Positions 1 to 12,106 of a DNA stretch of 64,000 bases are shown piece by piece (positions within the stretch are counted from its first letter, which is position 1; each line of letters begins with the position of its first letter). This DNA is from Folioceros fuciformis (Eukaryota). Both the position numbers and the translations under genes were made by a program. The stretch spans positions 163,671 to 227,670 of the forward strand of contig JBNGIO010006237.1 in the NCBI GenBank assembly GCA_049999805.1, given 5' to 3'. Under the pieces are notes generated by a model that searched no databases, was not told the DNA's origin, and saw only the letters and a program-made list of their open reading frames with translations.

Positions 1-159
1 GATAAGCTGGATGAGGACCTGGCTAAGATGAGGTTTAACGCAAGAGGGGTTCTGGTTTATGATGGCACCGAGACCATTATCCCCGGAGGTGGAGGAACGG
101 GGAGGCCCGCCCTCGCATCTGCAGCAGTAAAGTCTCTGGCGGGGCAACAAGCGGAGTAG
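1..159 (+). CDS. 3' end of a CDS truncated by the window edge (…DEDLAKMRFNARGVLVYDG…QQAE*), product unknown
   Basis: Frame 1 is open from base 1 to TAG at 157-159 and reads as plausible protein. Family not recognised. Confidence 0.5.
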   Translation, partial: DKLDEDLAKMRFNARGVLVYDGTETIIPGGGGTGRPALASAAVKSLAGQQAE

Positions 160-762
160 GGCTCTGCCTATCGGGGTTTAGGGTTTAGCGTGGGAGGATA
201 TGTGTTAGAGCGGACATCCTGTTGAACGGGAGGCTTTTTGGCTTTGCCAAACGTGCAGGGTATTGGTGTGGGAATCCACCGAACCGGGCTGTGAAGGATG
301 TAGAGTTGCTTAGCATGTCAGCTCACCCTCAGAAACGAGGTTACTCAGTCATGGCTTCGTCCGTGTTTGAGCTCATATGAGATCGAGCAGTTCACCAGCG
401 CGGGCTTGTCAGGAAAACAGGGTAGAGGAGGAGACGGGGGGTAGAACTTCCCCGGCACGGAGCAGGCTGGTTTGTGATGCATCGACTGCTCCTGTTGGTG
501 ACGGAATTTTGCTAGCCAAACAAGAGGTGGTCTGGTCGCCCGCCATTGTCTTCTCGATAACCCAGTCTTGCACTTCCCAACAGATCCTTCATGATCAGTA
601 AGTTCAAGGACTGTCAGGCAGGATACTATCTGAAAGGCTGCTCGCTTGTTCATTTTTTTTTTCTCCAGACGAGTCGCTCGTGGTCGGCTACCTGGGGTAT
701 TTCTCCGAAGGTGTTAGCCCACATAGGAACACAGGTGATGTCACTTGTATGCGCCCCAGGTA

Positions 763-816
763 GACGTTACATACCCCTGTCAGCGCCGAGTTATGCTGAC
801 AGGGGTATGTAACGTC
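763..816. other. Perfect 22-bp inverted repeat (hairpin) with 10-nt loop
   Basis: GACGTTACATACCCCTGTCAGC (763-784) is the exact reverse complement of GCTGACAGGGGTATGTAACGTC (795-816). Confidence 0.9.
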
Positions 817-2244
817 AGAGGCTTGCAATGAGGGATGCAGGCAAGGAAACACTGAAAATGGCAGTGTAACTGGCCTCACATGAAACCTCATTTCTGCTAT
901 CTATTGCACTCCAAACACTGCATCAACAGTTCGTGTATCAGCCGTGACATACAAATGGCTTCAACGCTTACGTGCGGAGTGTACCACTACGTCTGTTTTT
1001 GCGCACGGCCTTGTCAAAACCGGGGCACAGATTTCCCTCATCGAAAAGAGCAGCTGCATTCTATTGGCGCAAGGAACGCATTCCAGGCTTCAGCTCGCCC
1101 AACAAGCTTGAAATTGAAAACACAGGCACAATGCCCCACGTCTGCGTGTATGACACTTTGAACGATGAACATGGCATGAACAACGAGTCACAACGAACAT
1201 GGGCCATGGCATCCTCCCGAGTCCCGATCTCGGCATACCAGGAACGCCGATCGCGTGCTTCTAAAATTGGGCCCTTCCTGCTGCAAGCATGTATCCCAAG
1301 ATGGCAACCCCCTTAAATCACTCCGACTCAGACTGCCATATGGCGATATGCCATGCGGGGACAGATGCTCCCAGCATCCCATGCGTCGTGCTATCTACTA
1401 TTAACGCGATTATCGGCTCATAGAACAGTCCACAATTAATTCACACTATCTGAGCTTTCCAGCTTATGCTTCCTTAGCCATTGGGCTCCTGGAAGGACCA
1501 AGTGGGACTGATTATCAAAGCTCTTGCAAGCAGTCCAGAGCACAGGTTGCAACGGAGACTGCAAAACGAGCTACAATCGCGCCATTTCCTGGCAGAGGGC
1601 TAGCCTTGACAGTGAAGGCGGGTACATCTGTACTCGGTTCTTCCATTCGCCATTCTCAGAATTCATGCCACATCCGAGAACGAAATACGGTCCGCTACCA
1701 CAGTTGATCTCAGATGCTCATCGGCAGCAGAGAGTCGGATCAACTCGTCTGTTGCAGATTCCTGCTTGCTTCCTCCCTCCCCCCTTTGCCACTCTGCATT
1801 GGATTATTGGTTTCCTGATTGGCTGGACACCGGGCGCTCAAAGTCGGTCGTTCGAAGTCACCATAGCTACTGGTCACCCACAAAACTGTATTCAAGCTCA
1901 GTTGCGGATAACCATCCGGTTGCACTGGCGTACTGATTGACTTGCTTGTTAAATTCTTGTGTGTCGTAACAGATACGGGTCCTTCTACAGTGAGGTAGCA
2001 GCTCCTTTCCACACGCTACTGGACTGGTGCTTCTTTTCTGGATTAGATAGGACGGGCTGGCCCAACCAACCAGCCGACCATTGAAGGTCAGAATCCCTAC
2101 GGCTAGAGGCTAAAGGACGACCCACCGAGATGGTGAATATGTCGATCACATCGCGGTGAAGTGCGATGGCACAACTTTGTGGAGGGAGCGGAGGTACTCT
2201 ACAAGTCCTTCCTGTGCCTACCGTGGTCCGTTAAAAAATGTGCA

Positions 2245-3892
2245 TCAGTATAACCGCACCTGCAGGAACAGAAACAAAAAAGAGAGAAAACTTCGTCAAA
2301 GCTCAGAGTTGTAGCATCACCGTGGGCGAACAAACTACATGTGCTAAACCAAGCACAGTTGAAAGACAAACTCACCCCTAAAGTGGCAATCAGAACTATG
2401 TTGGCGATGATCACTGCTGCCAGCACTCCAAACATCCAATCAACAACCTTTGCACCTGGGTTCACCTGGATAGCAAAAGCACAGTCGTCAGGACGGCGGC
2501 TGTCTTGAACTCAAAACGGCCCTTCAACGTGAAACTGATCAGCACAAGACGCTCACTTTTTCACGATAAAAGTTGAACAGTCCGTAGGTCAAGACGGGGA
2601 ATGCCAGCACTGCTGGACCAAGCCATGCCGGTGCTCTTGTCGCTGCCTCGACAGACTCCGGCATCGGTTCGATGGAGAGTCCATTCTCGGCAGCCCAGGC
2701 ACTGGACGAAATTGCCCCGTTACATAGCACACCAGACACCGAGGCACCGACGTAGGCACCAGCAATGCCTACTGACTGTAGCTTGGGTGGAACTGGTGGC
2801 TTTGGACCAGGTATTTGCAACTCTGCCCTCTGTCAGCCGCAGGGTCAGGAGCAAAGATCAAAGAGCGTACCAGCCGCAACATGCTCAGGTAAACCAGATC
2901 TGCTTTCCTTGCGAAGGGTGCTGGGTAACAACAGGACAATCCATCGACTCACCAGCTGCACAAGCTCTTCAGCGTTCATGTTGTTGTCGTGTGCAGCAGC
3001 CTCCTTGGTCAGGTCATTGTCAGCACTGGCCATAGCATCCCTGGCTGTAACCCATGACCTCCAGAGTTGCTCCTCACACGTCATGGTATCGAGATGACTA
3101 GGTGGTAGGTTTTCCCCAAATCCTAGAAGCGCATCCTCACGAAGTTCCTTCGCAGCTGACTGCCAGTCAAAGGAGGCGTCGACACCCCGTGTCAGGTGCT
3201 CCACAGCCTGCATCACACAAAAGAGGCAGAAGCCTGTTGGATACCTACCCCTACACCGGCCTCCATATATGAACCTGATGCAATTAGGGCAGTCAAAATC
3301 AGAGCCATACCTGAAGGGAGGCTTGCAAGTGTAAATCCTGCATCCCCAGCTTCACCTTGCACTCGAACTCCGGAGACGGGGCCTTCACCGTCCAGTGCTG
3401 CTCCAGTCCTTGCACTAACCCTTCATGGCTCCACGTATCGATGTATCTCTCAACGGCCCGAAGGTTCACCTTTTGCAGGCCCTTCTGGGCCTCATCGCGC
3501 AGGTTAGCAACCTGCGCTTGCAAGTCTAGGTCCTCACACAACGCCGTCAAACGGGGGCCCTCTTCGGCCAGCGCATCTTGATCTACCTCGAGAAGCGCAT
3601 CCAGTAACACCCCAGAATTCTCCCCATCGGCTGACCTACACCACGAACGTTTCCGCGACCCGCCGGCAAGCTGCATAGCTTCAGCCTGGTGCAAAGGCGA
3701 CATCCCCCTCCTGAGCGATCCGTTCGACAGATCCCGCAGGTAGATCCCGCTACAACCACGCGTGGCAGCTACGCTGCAAAGCTTCACCCTCGAAGCCGAC
3801 CCCGAACAATTAGTGCTGCCGAAATTTGAGCAGCAGGGGAGGGAATTGGAGCACTTCTCCCACGGAGAGGCAGACATTGAGATGCATGCCAT
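2245..3892 (-). CDS. Uncharacterised ~404 aa protein, probably plastid-targeted, with two C-terminal TM helices; 5 exons (3892-3311, 3207-2953, 2829-2557, 2465-2376, 2259-2245)
   Basis: All four introns are GT-AG and phase 0, and the exons join in frame. Ser/Cys/Arg-rich N-terminus resembles a transit peptide. The C-terminus WLGPAVLAFPVLTYGLFNFYREKVNPGAKVVDWMFGVLAAVIIANIVLIATLGVRLY has two hydrophobic segments. Confidence 0.75.
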
Positions 3893-5930
3893 GGCTCCCT
3901 AGCTCTACTTGTTCCCGCCCCGGCTTCCAGGCCTCAGCTGCCTGCCTCCAGCTGCATACACGCTGCCAGTGCTGTGCGCAACGAGGAGATGCATTCACAT
4001 TCAACTGGCAAAAGCCATAGCTGTTATCATTGAAGACTCAGACGAGATGCAAAAGTCCCCGCTGGCTTCTGGAACGAAGACACACAGCCTCCACCTCCAG
4101 CAGGCACTTTCCTGACTCTGACTCAGTGGCTCAAAGAGTGCAACGCCGAATTCCCTGCACACACTGTACATTCGCTGCACAGCCGAGCCCTGGATCCTGC
4201 GTGCTTCCGACTGCAAAATGGATATACTCCAAACCTGGCTGCCGCCGGCCCTTTTGCACCTGCGAGACGTCATCAAATCCTCTCCTTCTCCCTCGCCTGC
4301 ACGCCACATCAGCAGGCGGGAGCTCCTCCCGTCTCAGGCGAAATTGGCGCAACGCATTCGGATAAACACGCGCCGCAAGTTTGCGGTGGTAGGGGGATAG
4401 GCTGAGCCTGGAGCTTGAGAGAAACAGCATATTCGCCCTGCATTATCCACAGAGAATGGTATAGCCTCGGTATTGTCGCGAGTGGCGCAATGCCAGGTAG
4501 CGCAAAGTGCGCTGTGACTTTGTGCGTTCAAACTCGCGTGAATTTGGGAATTATGACACGCTGTAACGTAATGAAAAATTCAAGGGACTTGTGAAAGTTT
4601 GTAGGTACCGTAGTGGTCTCTTCACGTTTGGTGCTGGCAAGCGGGAGATGGAAAGACAGACGAATTTGTGAGAATCGTCTGCATGGATGGTGGCAAGCCA
4701 TTCCTCGTGTTGGATACAGTAGTGATGCAAACCCTTGCGGACTGCATGGGGCTGGGCCGCTGGACGTGTGGAAGTGCTGGTGTTGCGGTGCCAATTTTGG
4801 ATCATCCCACCTGCTCCAGATTTAGCGTGATTGCGAACTTGCGGGTGGGGGAACGGGGGAACGTGTGGCTGATGGAACACAGATTTCCTTGACAAAGCCG
4901 CATTGGATGCTGCGTGTTCCGTGGAGTCCGCAAGCTCAAGCGGAGGCTGCGGAGCTAGGTAGTGCCTACATTCACTGTGAAACCGTTTGTCCATGACAGC
5001 ATTGACGGAGTCTCATCGGCGATTCTAAGAACCAGAATGTCATCAGGCTAGGGTTAAAGATTGGATTGGAGTCGCGGAGTGTGCTGCACACGGAGAGCTT
5101 CAAGATCCTGATTACAGTAAACCCCGAGAGGAACGGACGGAAGCTAATACCTTTTGCGCAGGTGCCAGGCAATTGCTCTTCCGTATCAAGCATCATCGGC
5201 ATGAAAAAGCGGATTCATCAGCTCCAGCAAGGTATGTCATCAGCATCTGATGAGCGAAGTAGAGGTGTGTGGAGATCCAATTTGATTTAACTCCATGTTT
5301 ACCTGCAGTCGGATAGCATGTGAGAGAAGATAAAAAGGTTGCACATGTCCCAGGCCTGCGCTTCGAGTACAAGTGGTTAGGGGCTTTGATAGTCGTTGCA
5401 CCAGTGCTTTTTCGCAAGACTCCAGTGCCTGCCCTGGTGCCAGGTGGCACGTGGAGTCGCAGAGATGACAGGACGTCCTGCCGTAGTAGCTAGCTAGCTA
5501 GCTGCATAAGATGTTGTTGTTGTGCTGTGACTGGTAGCTGCAGATGTGTTGTGGCAGGATGAGGAGACTCCCATGACACAGGCGCGACCAAGTCATCAGT
5601 CGACGATTCTGGCTGCCAGTTTTCGGAGTTTCCGGACCCGAGGAGCGTGTGTTGCTATGCTACGCTCTGGTATGCTCTGCTATGCTCTGCTATGCTCTGG
5701 TATGCCACGACAGTGAAGGAGCAGGCGTGGCTTGGTGGAATGGCAAAGCAGACAGGTGAGATTGTGGCCGGCTGCAGCCCAGGTTACAGGGAGCGACACA
5801 GTCGGTGCACAAGAAGACGCGGACGCAGACGGCCGTGGGCCAGGCAGTCTGGAACGCAGCCCTGGAGCGCTGAGTCCTGCCGTGAGCCCTGGCAAGGGGG
5901 AGTTGGAACTCGAGGGGGATATTTGTTCCC

Positions 5931-6025
5931 AGATATTTTACATGCACGGACGGCTTAACAATCCCACCGACCAGCCAATGGGCGTGTAAATTCCCCACTG
6001 CTTCTGGCCTTCACACAAAATATCT
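5931..6025. promoter_or_regulatory. Two perfect evening elements (AAAATATCT) upstream of the COR27/28 homolog
   Basis: AGATATTTT at 5931-5939 and AAAATATCT at 6017-6025. A near-match CGATATTTT is at 6613-6621 and a G-box CACGTG at 5448-5453. Confidence 0.65.
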
Positions 6026-6499
6026 GCAGACTGTGCCATGGGCATAACATGGCGGCCGTGGCGCACACCAGCTACGGTACGGCCACGATTGATCAACATC
6101 TGCGCGTGCGGTGGCGGGGCCTTTAACTTCTCCCGCCACCTTCCCGTTGCATTCAGTAGGCTGTGAGTTTCCGACTGCCTTAACTAATTCCATTACCAGT
6201 TCACACGTCGTCCAGCGTGGCGTCCCGTTTGTCGGCGTGCCATTGGGGGGAAGGCTCGAGTTTAACCCATCCTCTTATCCTTAAACCCCCCGGCCCCAGG
6301 GATAAATATCCTGCGAGCCGTGTCAGCCGTTACGCAGCCCCGGCGACCGACGGTCGGTCTCCCCCGTGCTTGCGACCGGACGGTGGCTGTTGCGCCCAGA
6401 AGATCAGGCGTTACGCCTGCTGGCGAAATCGTCTCTGCCTGGCGGAAACGGCATCTGTCCGAAAAGTAGCAGACCGGACTGGCCCGGGCCGGAATGGGA

Positions 6500-6528
6500 T
6501 GGGCTTGGGCTTGGGCTTGGGCTTGGGC
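6500..6528. repeat. (TGGGCT)n hexamer microsatellite, equal to tandem site II-like motifs
   Basis: tgggcttgggcttgggcttgggcttgggc seen directly. Confidence 0.8.
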
Positions 6529-7140
6529 AACTCAAAGTAGCCCGTCCGGGCAACGCCATGGGGAAGGAAAAAAAGAGGGCAAGGTCCAGCCACCGCTGAT
6601 CTTTGTGTGAAGCGATATTTTGGCTAGGAAGCACATTCGCTGCTCTCTCTGCCTCGTCGCCTTGTTCTGGCCTCGTGCTACCTTCTCTACCTGCACTTGC
6701 GCCGCATGCTTAAACACGGTCGTGTTTTGGTCAAGCCCGAGTCTGCGCGATCGTTGCCACACTAATTCCGCACTTCTCTGTTCTTGTGTCTGCTCTACGC
6801 TGCTCTACGCTCCTGTCCTCTGCTCTGCTCTGCTCAGCTCAGCGGACTCGGGCTCGTCTCGGTGAGACGTCTCATGTGGCAGCGTTGCGCGTTTCCTTCC
6901 TGCGAATTCCGCGCTCCAGCGTTGTCCATGCAATTGTGCTCTTCTCTGCTCTCTGGCATTGCGTCTGCAGCCTTATGCACGGCTGGGGTGTCTGTTGTCG
7001 GGAATGGGGTGAATCCGTGTGCTGCGGGCCACAGGCCTCGATCAGATCTTAGGTCCGTGAGGTGAGGTGAGGTGAGGTGGGGAGCGGAGCGGAGGGGTGA
7101 GGTGAGGCCAGCTGAAGTTTGTGGGAGGGGTTCCGGCGAA

Positions 7141-9369
7141 ATGGAGGGAGGCAGCGCGGGTGCCAGGAGGAACATAGCGTCGTTGGACAGGAAGTTGGAG
7201 AGAGTGTTGTCTTACAGGGCGTCGGAAGAGGTGAAGGAGGAGGATTGCTGCACGGTTGTGTCTCCGGCTGCCGAGGCCGGGGGGAACACTGCGGTTGAGT
7301 GTGATCGGGACCGGAAGCTCACGGCGCGTAATGGGGATGGTCAGGCTCATGGCCATGCCCAAGCCCCTGCCCAGGCCCAAGCCCAAGCCCAGGCCGATTT
7401 GAATTCCTCCAGCACGCTGTCCTCGCAAATGTGCTCGGACGCTGACTCTTTCCCTACGTCTAGCGAAGCAGTGTGTTCCTCGGGTGTGTCCACGGTGACT
7501 GCGGATGTGATGGATAAGTCGAGGGGGAAGCAGGTGCTTGAGGAGGCTTCTGCGCCACGCGAGCATGCTGCTACCAGGGAAGAGGAGAAAGCTGTATGTC
7601 GAGAAAGGAAGGTGAGTGAGAACTGTGGCAGAGTCTTTGTGTGAGGCTTTGGGTAGATGCTTCCAGCGCCACTGTTTTAGTAAGATGGCCTAGTCTATGT
7701 TTGTCTTGAACCTTTGCCCTTGTTGTCTGTTGTTCTGGAAGCAGGTGAAGCAGGCAGAATCAGCCGATACAGCTTGGACCGATGATAGACACAGTTCCTA
7801 TTTGAACTCTATCGAAGCTCTGTTTGTAAGGAATATGTACGACAATGACTTTGGAGGACTGGATGCGTACAGAAGCCCTCATGCTGCAGAGCTTTCAGAA
7901 CACGATTGTGTGGAGTCCCGTGCAGCTGAGTGCACGTCAAGTCCTCCTGAGGTAGCTTGCCTTGGTTCATGTTGTTGGACCTGTGGAGGGTGCAGAGATG
8001 CTGACATTTTCTTTGGTGAACTTGATAGCTTTTCGAGTTGTGGCAGAACGGATGCTTGTACGCCTATTACAGGCCACAAGTTTTAGAATGGCCTGTGCCT
8101 ACTGCTCCAGCTGTGCTACACAGCCCCTGGGTGCAGCACTTCAAGCTGAAACGCAGTACAGCGAGTGCAGCTCACGTCAGTGAGGCAGACCAGGATGAGT
8201 CAGTCCCTGCTGTAGTGGAAGAGAACTCTCCGGTTGACGAGGTAGACACATCACCAGGAGGCGCTGTGGAGGTCCCTGGTGCAGAGGATGGTTTTTTTAA
8301 GTGGCATACCAGATTGCAACGGCAGGGTTCGAAGTCCAAGGACTCTTTGCAAAGGAAAGAAAGTGCCAGCCAAGGAAAGCGATGGAGCTCATCGCCAGAC
8401 AAGAGCAAAGGTAACATGGCCTTCCTGTTCTTGCTTTGGAGATGGAGGAGGGTGGGCCTTAGAGTGCGTGCTGGGTGAGCATGCTTGTCTCACTGCTATG
8501 AGGTGGTCTCCTGAGGGCTCTTGGTTCTTTTTGCAGTTGACAGCACTCGATCAAAAAGACAAAAATGTCAGGAAGAGCTGGCATTGATAGATTTAGAAAT
8601 GGAGGAGCAATTCTCCCTGAGACGCCTTAAAGCTGATGCAGGTGATCATGCTGCAGGTAGTGATGAACAGCGGGTCAATGATGAGCCTGAACTAGTTGAT
8701 CAGCATCATCCCGTAGTTGTGTCATGTGGGACAGCAAATAGCGTCATGCGTGCAGAACCGGGAATGTTGCAAAGAAGATCTTTTCGAAGATTATTGTCAA
8801 GTAACAGTGTCTGCGTGAAAAGCGACGTTATCATGCCAGTTCTGGATGTAGACCAGGTATTTCTCTTGCCTCTCGTCTTTGCATTCGTTTGGTGCTTTCA
8901 CTCGCTTTGTTGTGAACTGTGGAGCTGTGTTGTCACCTCATTCGCCCTTGTTCTGCCTTGGGTCGTGCTCTCGCTGCAGGTTGTTCCTCTGTTAGGGGGT
9001 AATGGAGTGGAAGATCTTGATGAGCGGGTACGTGTTCCTGATATAACCAATCGTCAACCCGAGCTGGCTGCCCTGGACAGGCGTAAGTTCAGAAAAGGTG
9101 TTGGTTCTGTTGGAAGAGAATCTAAAACTGTAAGTGAGCAGGGTAACTCAGAAGCCCCGAAGGTGGTTAGGGATTCTCCCAACGAGACTTTTGCCGCAGC
9201 TTGCAAGGTTGGAACCGAAGCCGAAGAAGAGGCTGGCTCTGCTGCTGATATAAGGTACGAGGTGGACATAAATCCTCGCAAACGAAACAGCTCGAAGACG
9301 TGGACTTGGGGTTTACAGGGATTGCGACGACCCCTTCAGGAGAAACAACAGGGTGACGCTGCCGAGTGA
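7141..9369 (+). CDS. COR27/COR28: COLD-REGULATED 27/28-like clock-associated protein; exons 7141-7611, 7745-7951, 8029-8410, 8537-8856, 8980-9369
   Basis: Family motifs WTDDRHSSYLNSIEALFVRNMY (cf. WTDEKHSLYLKSMEASFVDQLY), FELWQNGC and SPWVQHFK. Canonical GT-AG introns keep the frame. Confidence 0.85.
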
Positions 9370-10755
9370 AAGTAAGGTGGCCATCCTGTAGTTGCGGGAG
9401 TGGCTGCTGCTGCAGGATGGAAACATCATTGTCATTAGTCGCACACCTAGCTCGGGATGAGAAAAGCTTGGCCCTCGAAGCCTGAGCAGCTTGGGATGGT
9501 ACAAGCACAAACTCATTTTTTTTTTGTAGAATTACGGTGGCAGATTGCTACGAGTAATACAGTAAAATATTGATGGACATGGAGCTTTGTCCTTTTTTTG
9601 TCTTCGTCTCCAGCAGGGCGCGTTGATTGGTTGGGGCACCATTGCAGGAAACCAGTTCAAATGCCACGCACACGGCGCAAAGGAATTTGTCCAGGACAAT
9701 GACTTCCAAGCTCGGATGAGCCAAGGATAGGATGGCCATAGGATTTGGAAAATGTTGTCAGTCTCGCACCTCTACGCCTCGACTGCATTGGTGCGATGAG
9801 TGGTTAGTCGGCCCAGCGAGAAACAAACCTCCCCATTGGATCCCCCCCATTCTCTACCTACCTTGGGTCCCCAGTTCGGGTTGGTAACCTGCCTTGTCAC
9901 AAGTTGTTGCGCTTGTTCCACACCGTCACCTGACCCGCTGCAAAATGAAAAAAAGAAGACAGCAGAGTTTCTTTAGGAAGGAAAGGCTGTGAAGTTTCCG
10001 AGGAGCACCACCGTCGCATTTTGTGCGAGTGGTTGGTTCTACCGACGAACGATCCCGGAGTGGGTGTGACGTCCTGTGATTCCTAGCGCCTGTGGCTCCG
10101 GCTTCTTGAGCTATATGGAGCATCGCTGCGGCATCAAAGTCATCACGCAAGCAGCGGCTCGCTTGCACTGCGCTCCTCTGTCTCAGGTGAGCACTGTTTC
10201 CCCTTCCTTCCTGCACGCATGGGAGGCAATTGCACCATTTTTCGCCGAAATGGATTCTCTCTTGTTTTCATTCTGTCTCTCACCTGGGCGTTGGCTGATT
10301 TCCCTGTTTGGATTCGCTGTGAGAGAGTTTCAGGTTCTGGTTTCTGACATCAGTATTTTTGCAGGTAACTGTGTACTTGTCAGATTTTCCTGAACAGTGT
10401 GCTGTTCCACCGCGAGAGGACTGCAACTAGCATCCAAGCCTGTAACATCCCAATCGTCTCATTGCTTTCACAGATGCACAAATTTACACGGATTCAACTT
10501 GTTGGGAACTTACTGGATTTGGTTCTCGCTGGGAATTTTAGGTCATTCGGGAGAGCTGCGATCGCGAATCGCGGAGTCTCAAGGAACACAGGAGGCCAGT
10601 CTGGTACTGTGCGCGTAACATGTGCTCCATTTTGCATCGTCGTCCGCAATGCTTGCGGTGGATCTATCACATCTCGCTGCATTCCATTGTTATCTCGGTG
10701 CTCATTTATGTTTCTGAATGTCCGCTCTTGTGGTCTTCAGCAGAGTGTCAGCTTA

Positions 10756-11812
10756 ATGGCGTCAGCAGACAGCATGATCCATCCTTGCGTGGATACCTCC
10801 GCCGAGAGCTTATTCGGAAAGTACAGCGCAGATGAGTTCTATGCTCGGCATGGTGTTGAGCACTCCCAGTCCTACATCGAAAATTCACGACAGATGTCGC
10901 TTTTTACTCAGTCATGGATACCGAAAGACAAGGAGGTCAAGGGCCTTGTTATGGTTTGCCATGGCTATGGAGCTGACAGTAACTGGTTCGTGCAGCTTAC
11001 TGCCATTGGTTTTGCGAAGAGGGGCTTTGCAGTGTATGCCATTGACCACCAGGGCCATGGGAAGTCTGATGGCTTGAGGGCCTATATTCCAGATATCAAT
11101 CCTGTGGTGGATGATTGCATTTCCTTTTATAGTTCCTCGAGGAAGAAACATGCAAGCAACTTGCCTGCTTTCTTGTACGGCGAGTCTCTTGGAGGAGCCA
11201 TTGTTCTGTTGACGCATCTCAGGCAACCGAATGCTTGGAGTGGAGCTATTCTCAACGGAGCAATGATTGGTATTTCAGACAAGTTCAAGCCCTCTCCATT
11301 CCTACAGGCTTTGCTCCCTTGGGTTGCACATGTTATGCCAACATGGGCGATAGTGCCGAGCAAAGATATTCCTACAGTGTCGTTCAAGGAACCTTGGAAG
11401 CGAACTCTAGCATCCAGCAATCCTTTCAGGTAAGAAGCGTAGGGTGAATTGTTTTAGTGGATGCCTAGTGGCCGAGATTATTTCTTCTGGAGAAGCAGCT
11501 GACGTTTCTGGTCCCAAACTTCGTAGGTATGCGGGGAAACCCCGTCTAGGGACCGCCGTGGAGATGCTACGGATAGTGGATGAGATCGACGCGAAGGCAG
11601 CTGATTTGACATTGCCTCTTTTGATAGTTCATGGGGAGTTGGATGAGGTGACAGATCCTGCTGGCAGTGAAAGTCTGTACAAGAAAGCGGGTAGCAAGGA
11701 CAAGACTTTGCATATCTATAAAGGGATGTGGCATCAATTGGTAGGAGAACCGACCGAAAACTTGGAAATCGTCTTCGGTGAGATCTATCGTTGGCTTGAT
11801 TCCCACGCTTGA
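10756..11812 (+). CDS. Alpha/beta hydrolase, monoacylglycerol lipase / caffeoylshikimate esterase-like; exons 10756-11429 and 11527-11812
   Basis: Motifs CHGYG, DHQGHGKSDG, nucleophile elbow GESLGG, HGELDEVTDP and YKGMWHQL (Ser-Asp-His triad). One GT-AG intron at 11430-11526. Confidence 0.9.
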
Positions 11813-12106
11813 TAACGGCCAACGTCTTGCAGACACGGATAAGCAGTTTGGTTGCAGTGGTCATGCTATGTAGCCCCTAGTGGCTGCTTACTTCGCCGTT
11901 TCTCTGTGGTATACTCGATATCCATAACATTTTGGGGAACATCCTGAAGAGTTAAAAGTGATCGGATGGATGCTTCTCTGTACAAGGCTCTATGATGTAA
12001 GGCCAACTACCGAGTAGTAGTGCAAGCTCAACTATCATAGTAACGCTCCAATAGGACCTGAGGTGCTACCAGTAAACTACATACAGTTCTACTACGTAGA
12101 AAAATG

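Noticed and set aside
176..188. Telomere-like GTTTAGGGTTTAG
   Set aside because: Under two units. Common in plant UTRs and not an interstitial telomere array.
345..2100. Many short overlapping ORFs on both strands
   Set aside because: No recognisable domains or consistent exon structure. Expected by chance at ~50% GC.
4550..5450. Short ORFs and a plausible + strand intron (~5232-5307)
   Set aside because: I could not build an uninterrupted CDS or assign a family. It may be a lncRNA or pseudogene, but this is unsupported.
10399..10755. N-terminal extension of the hydrolase ORF in the supplied track
   Set aside because: It starts at a non-ATG codon and reads through what looks like a 5' UTR intron. 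Family similarity begins at ATG 10756.
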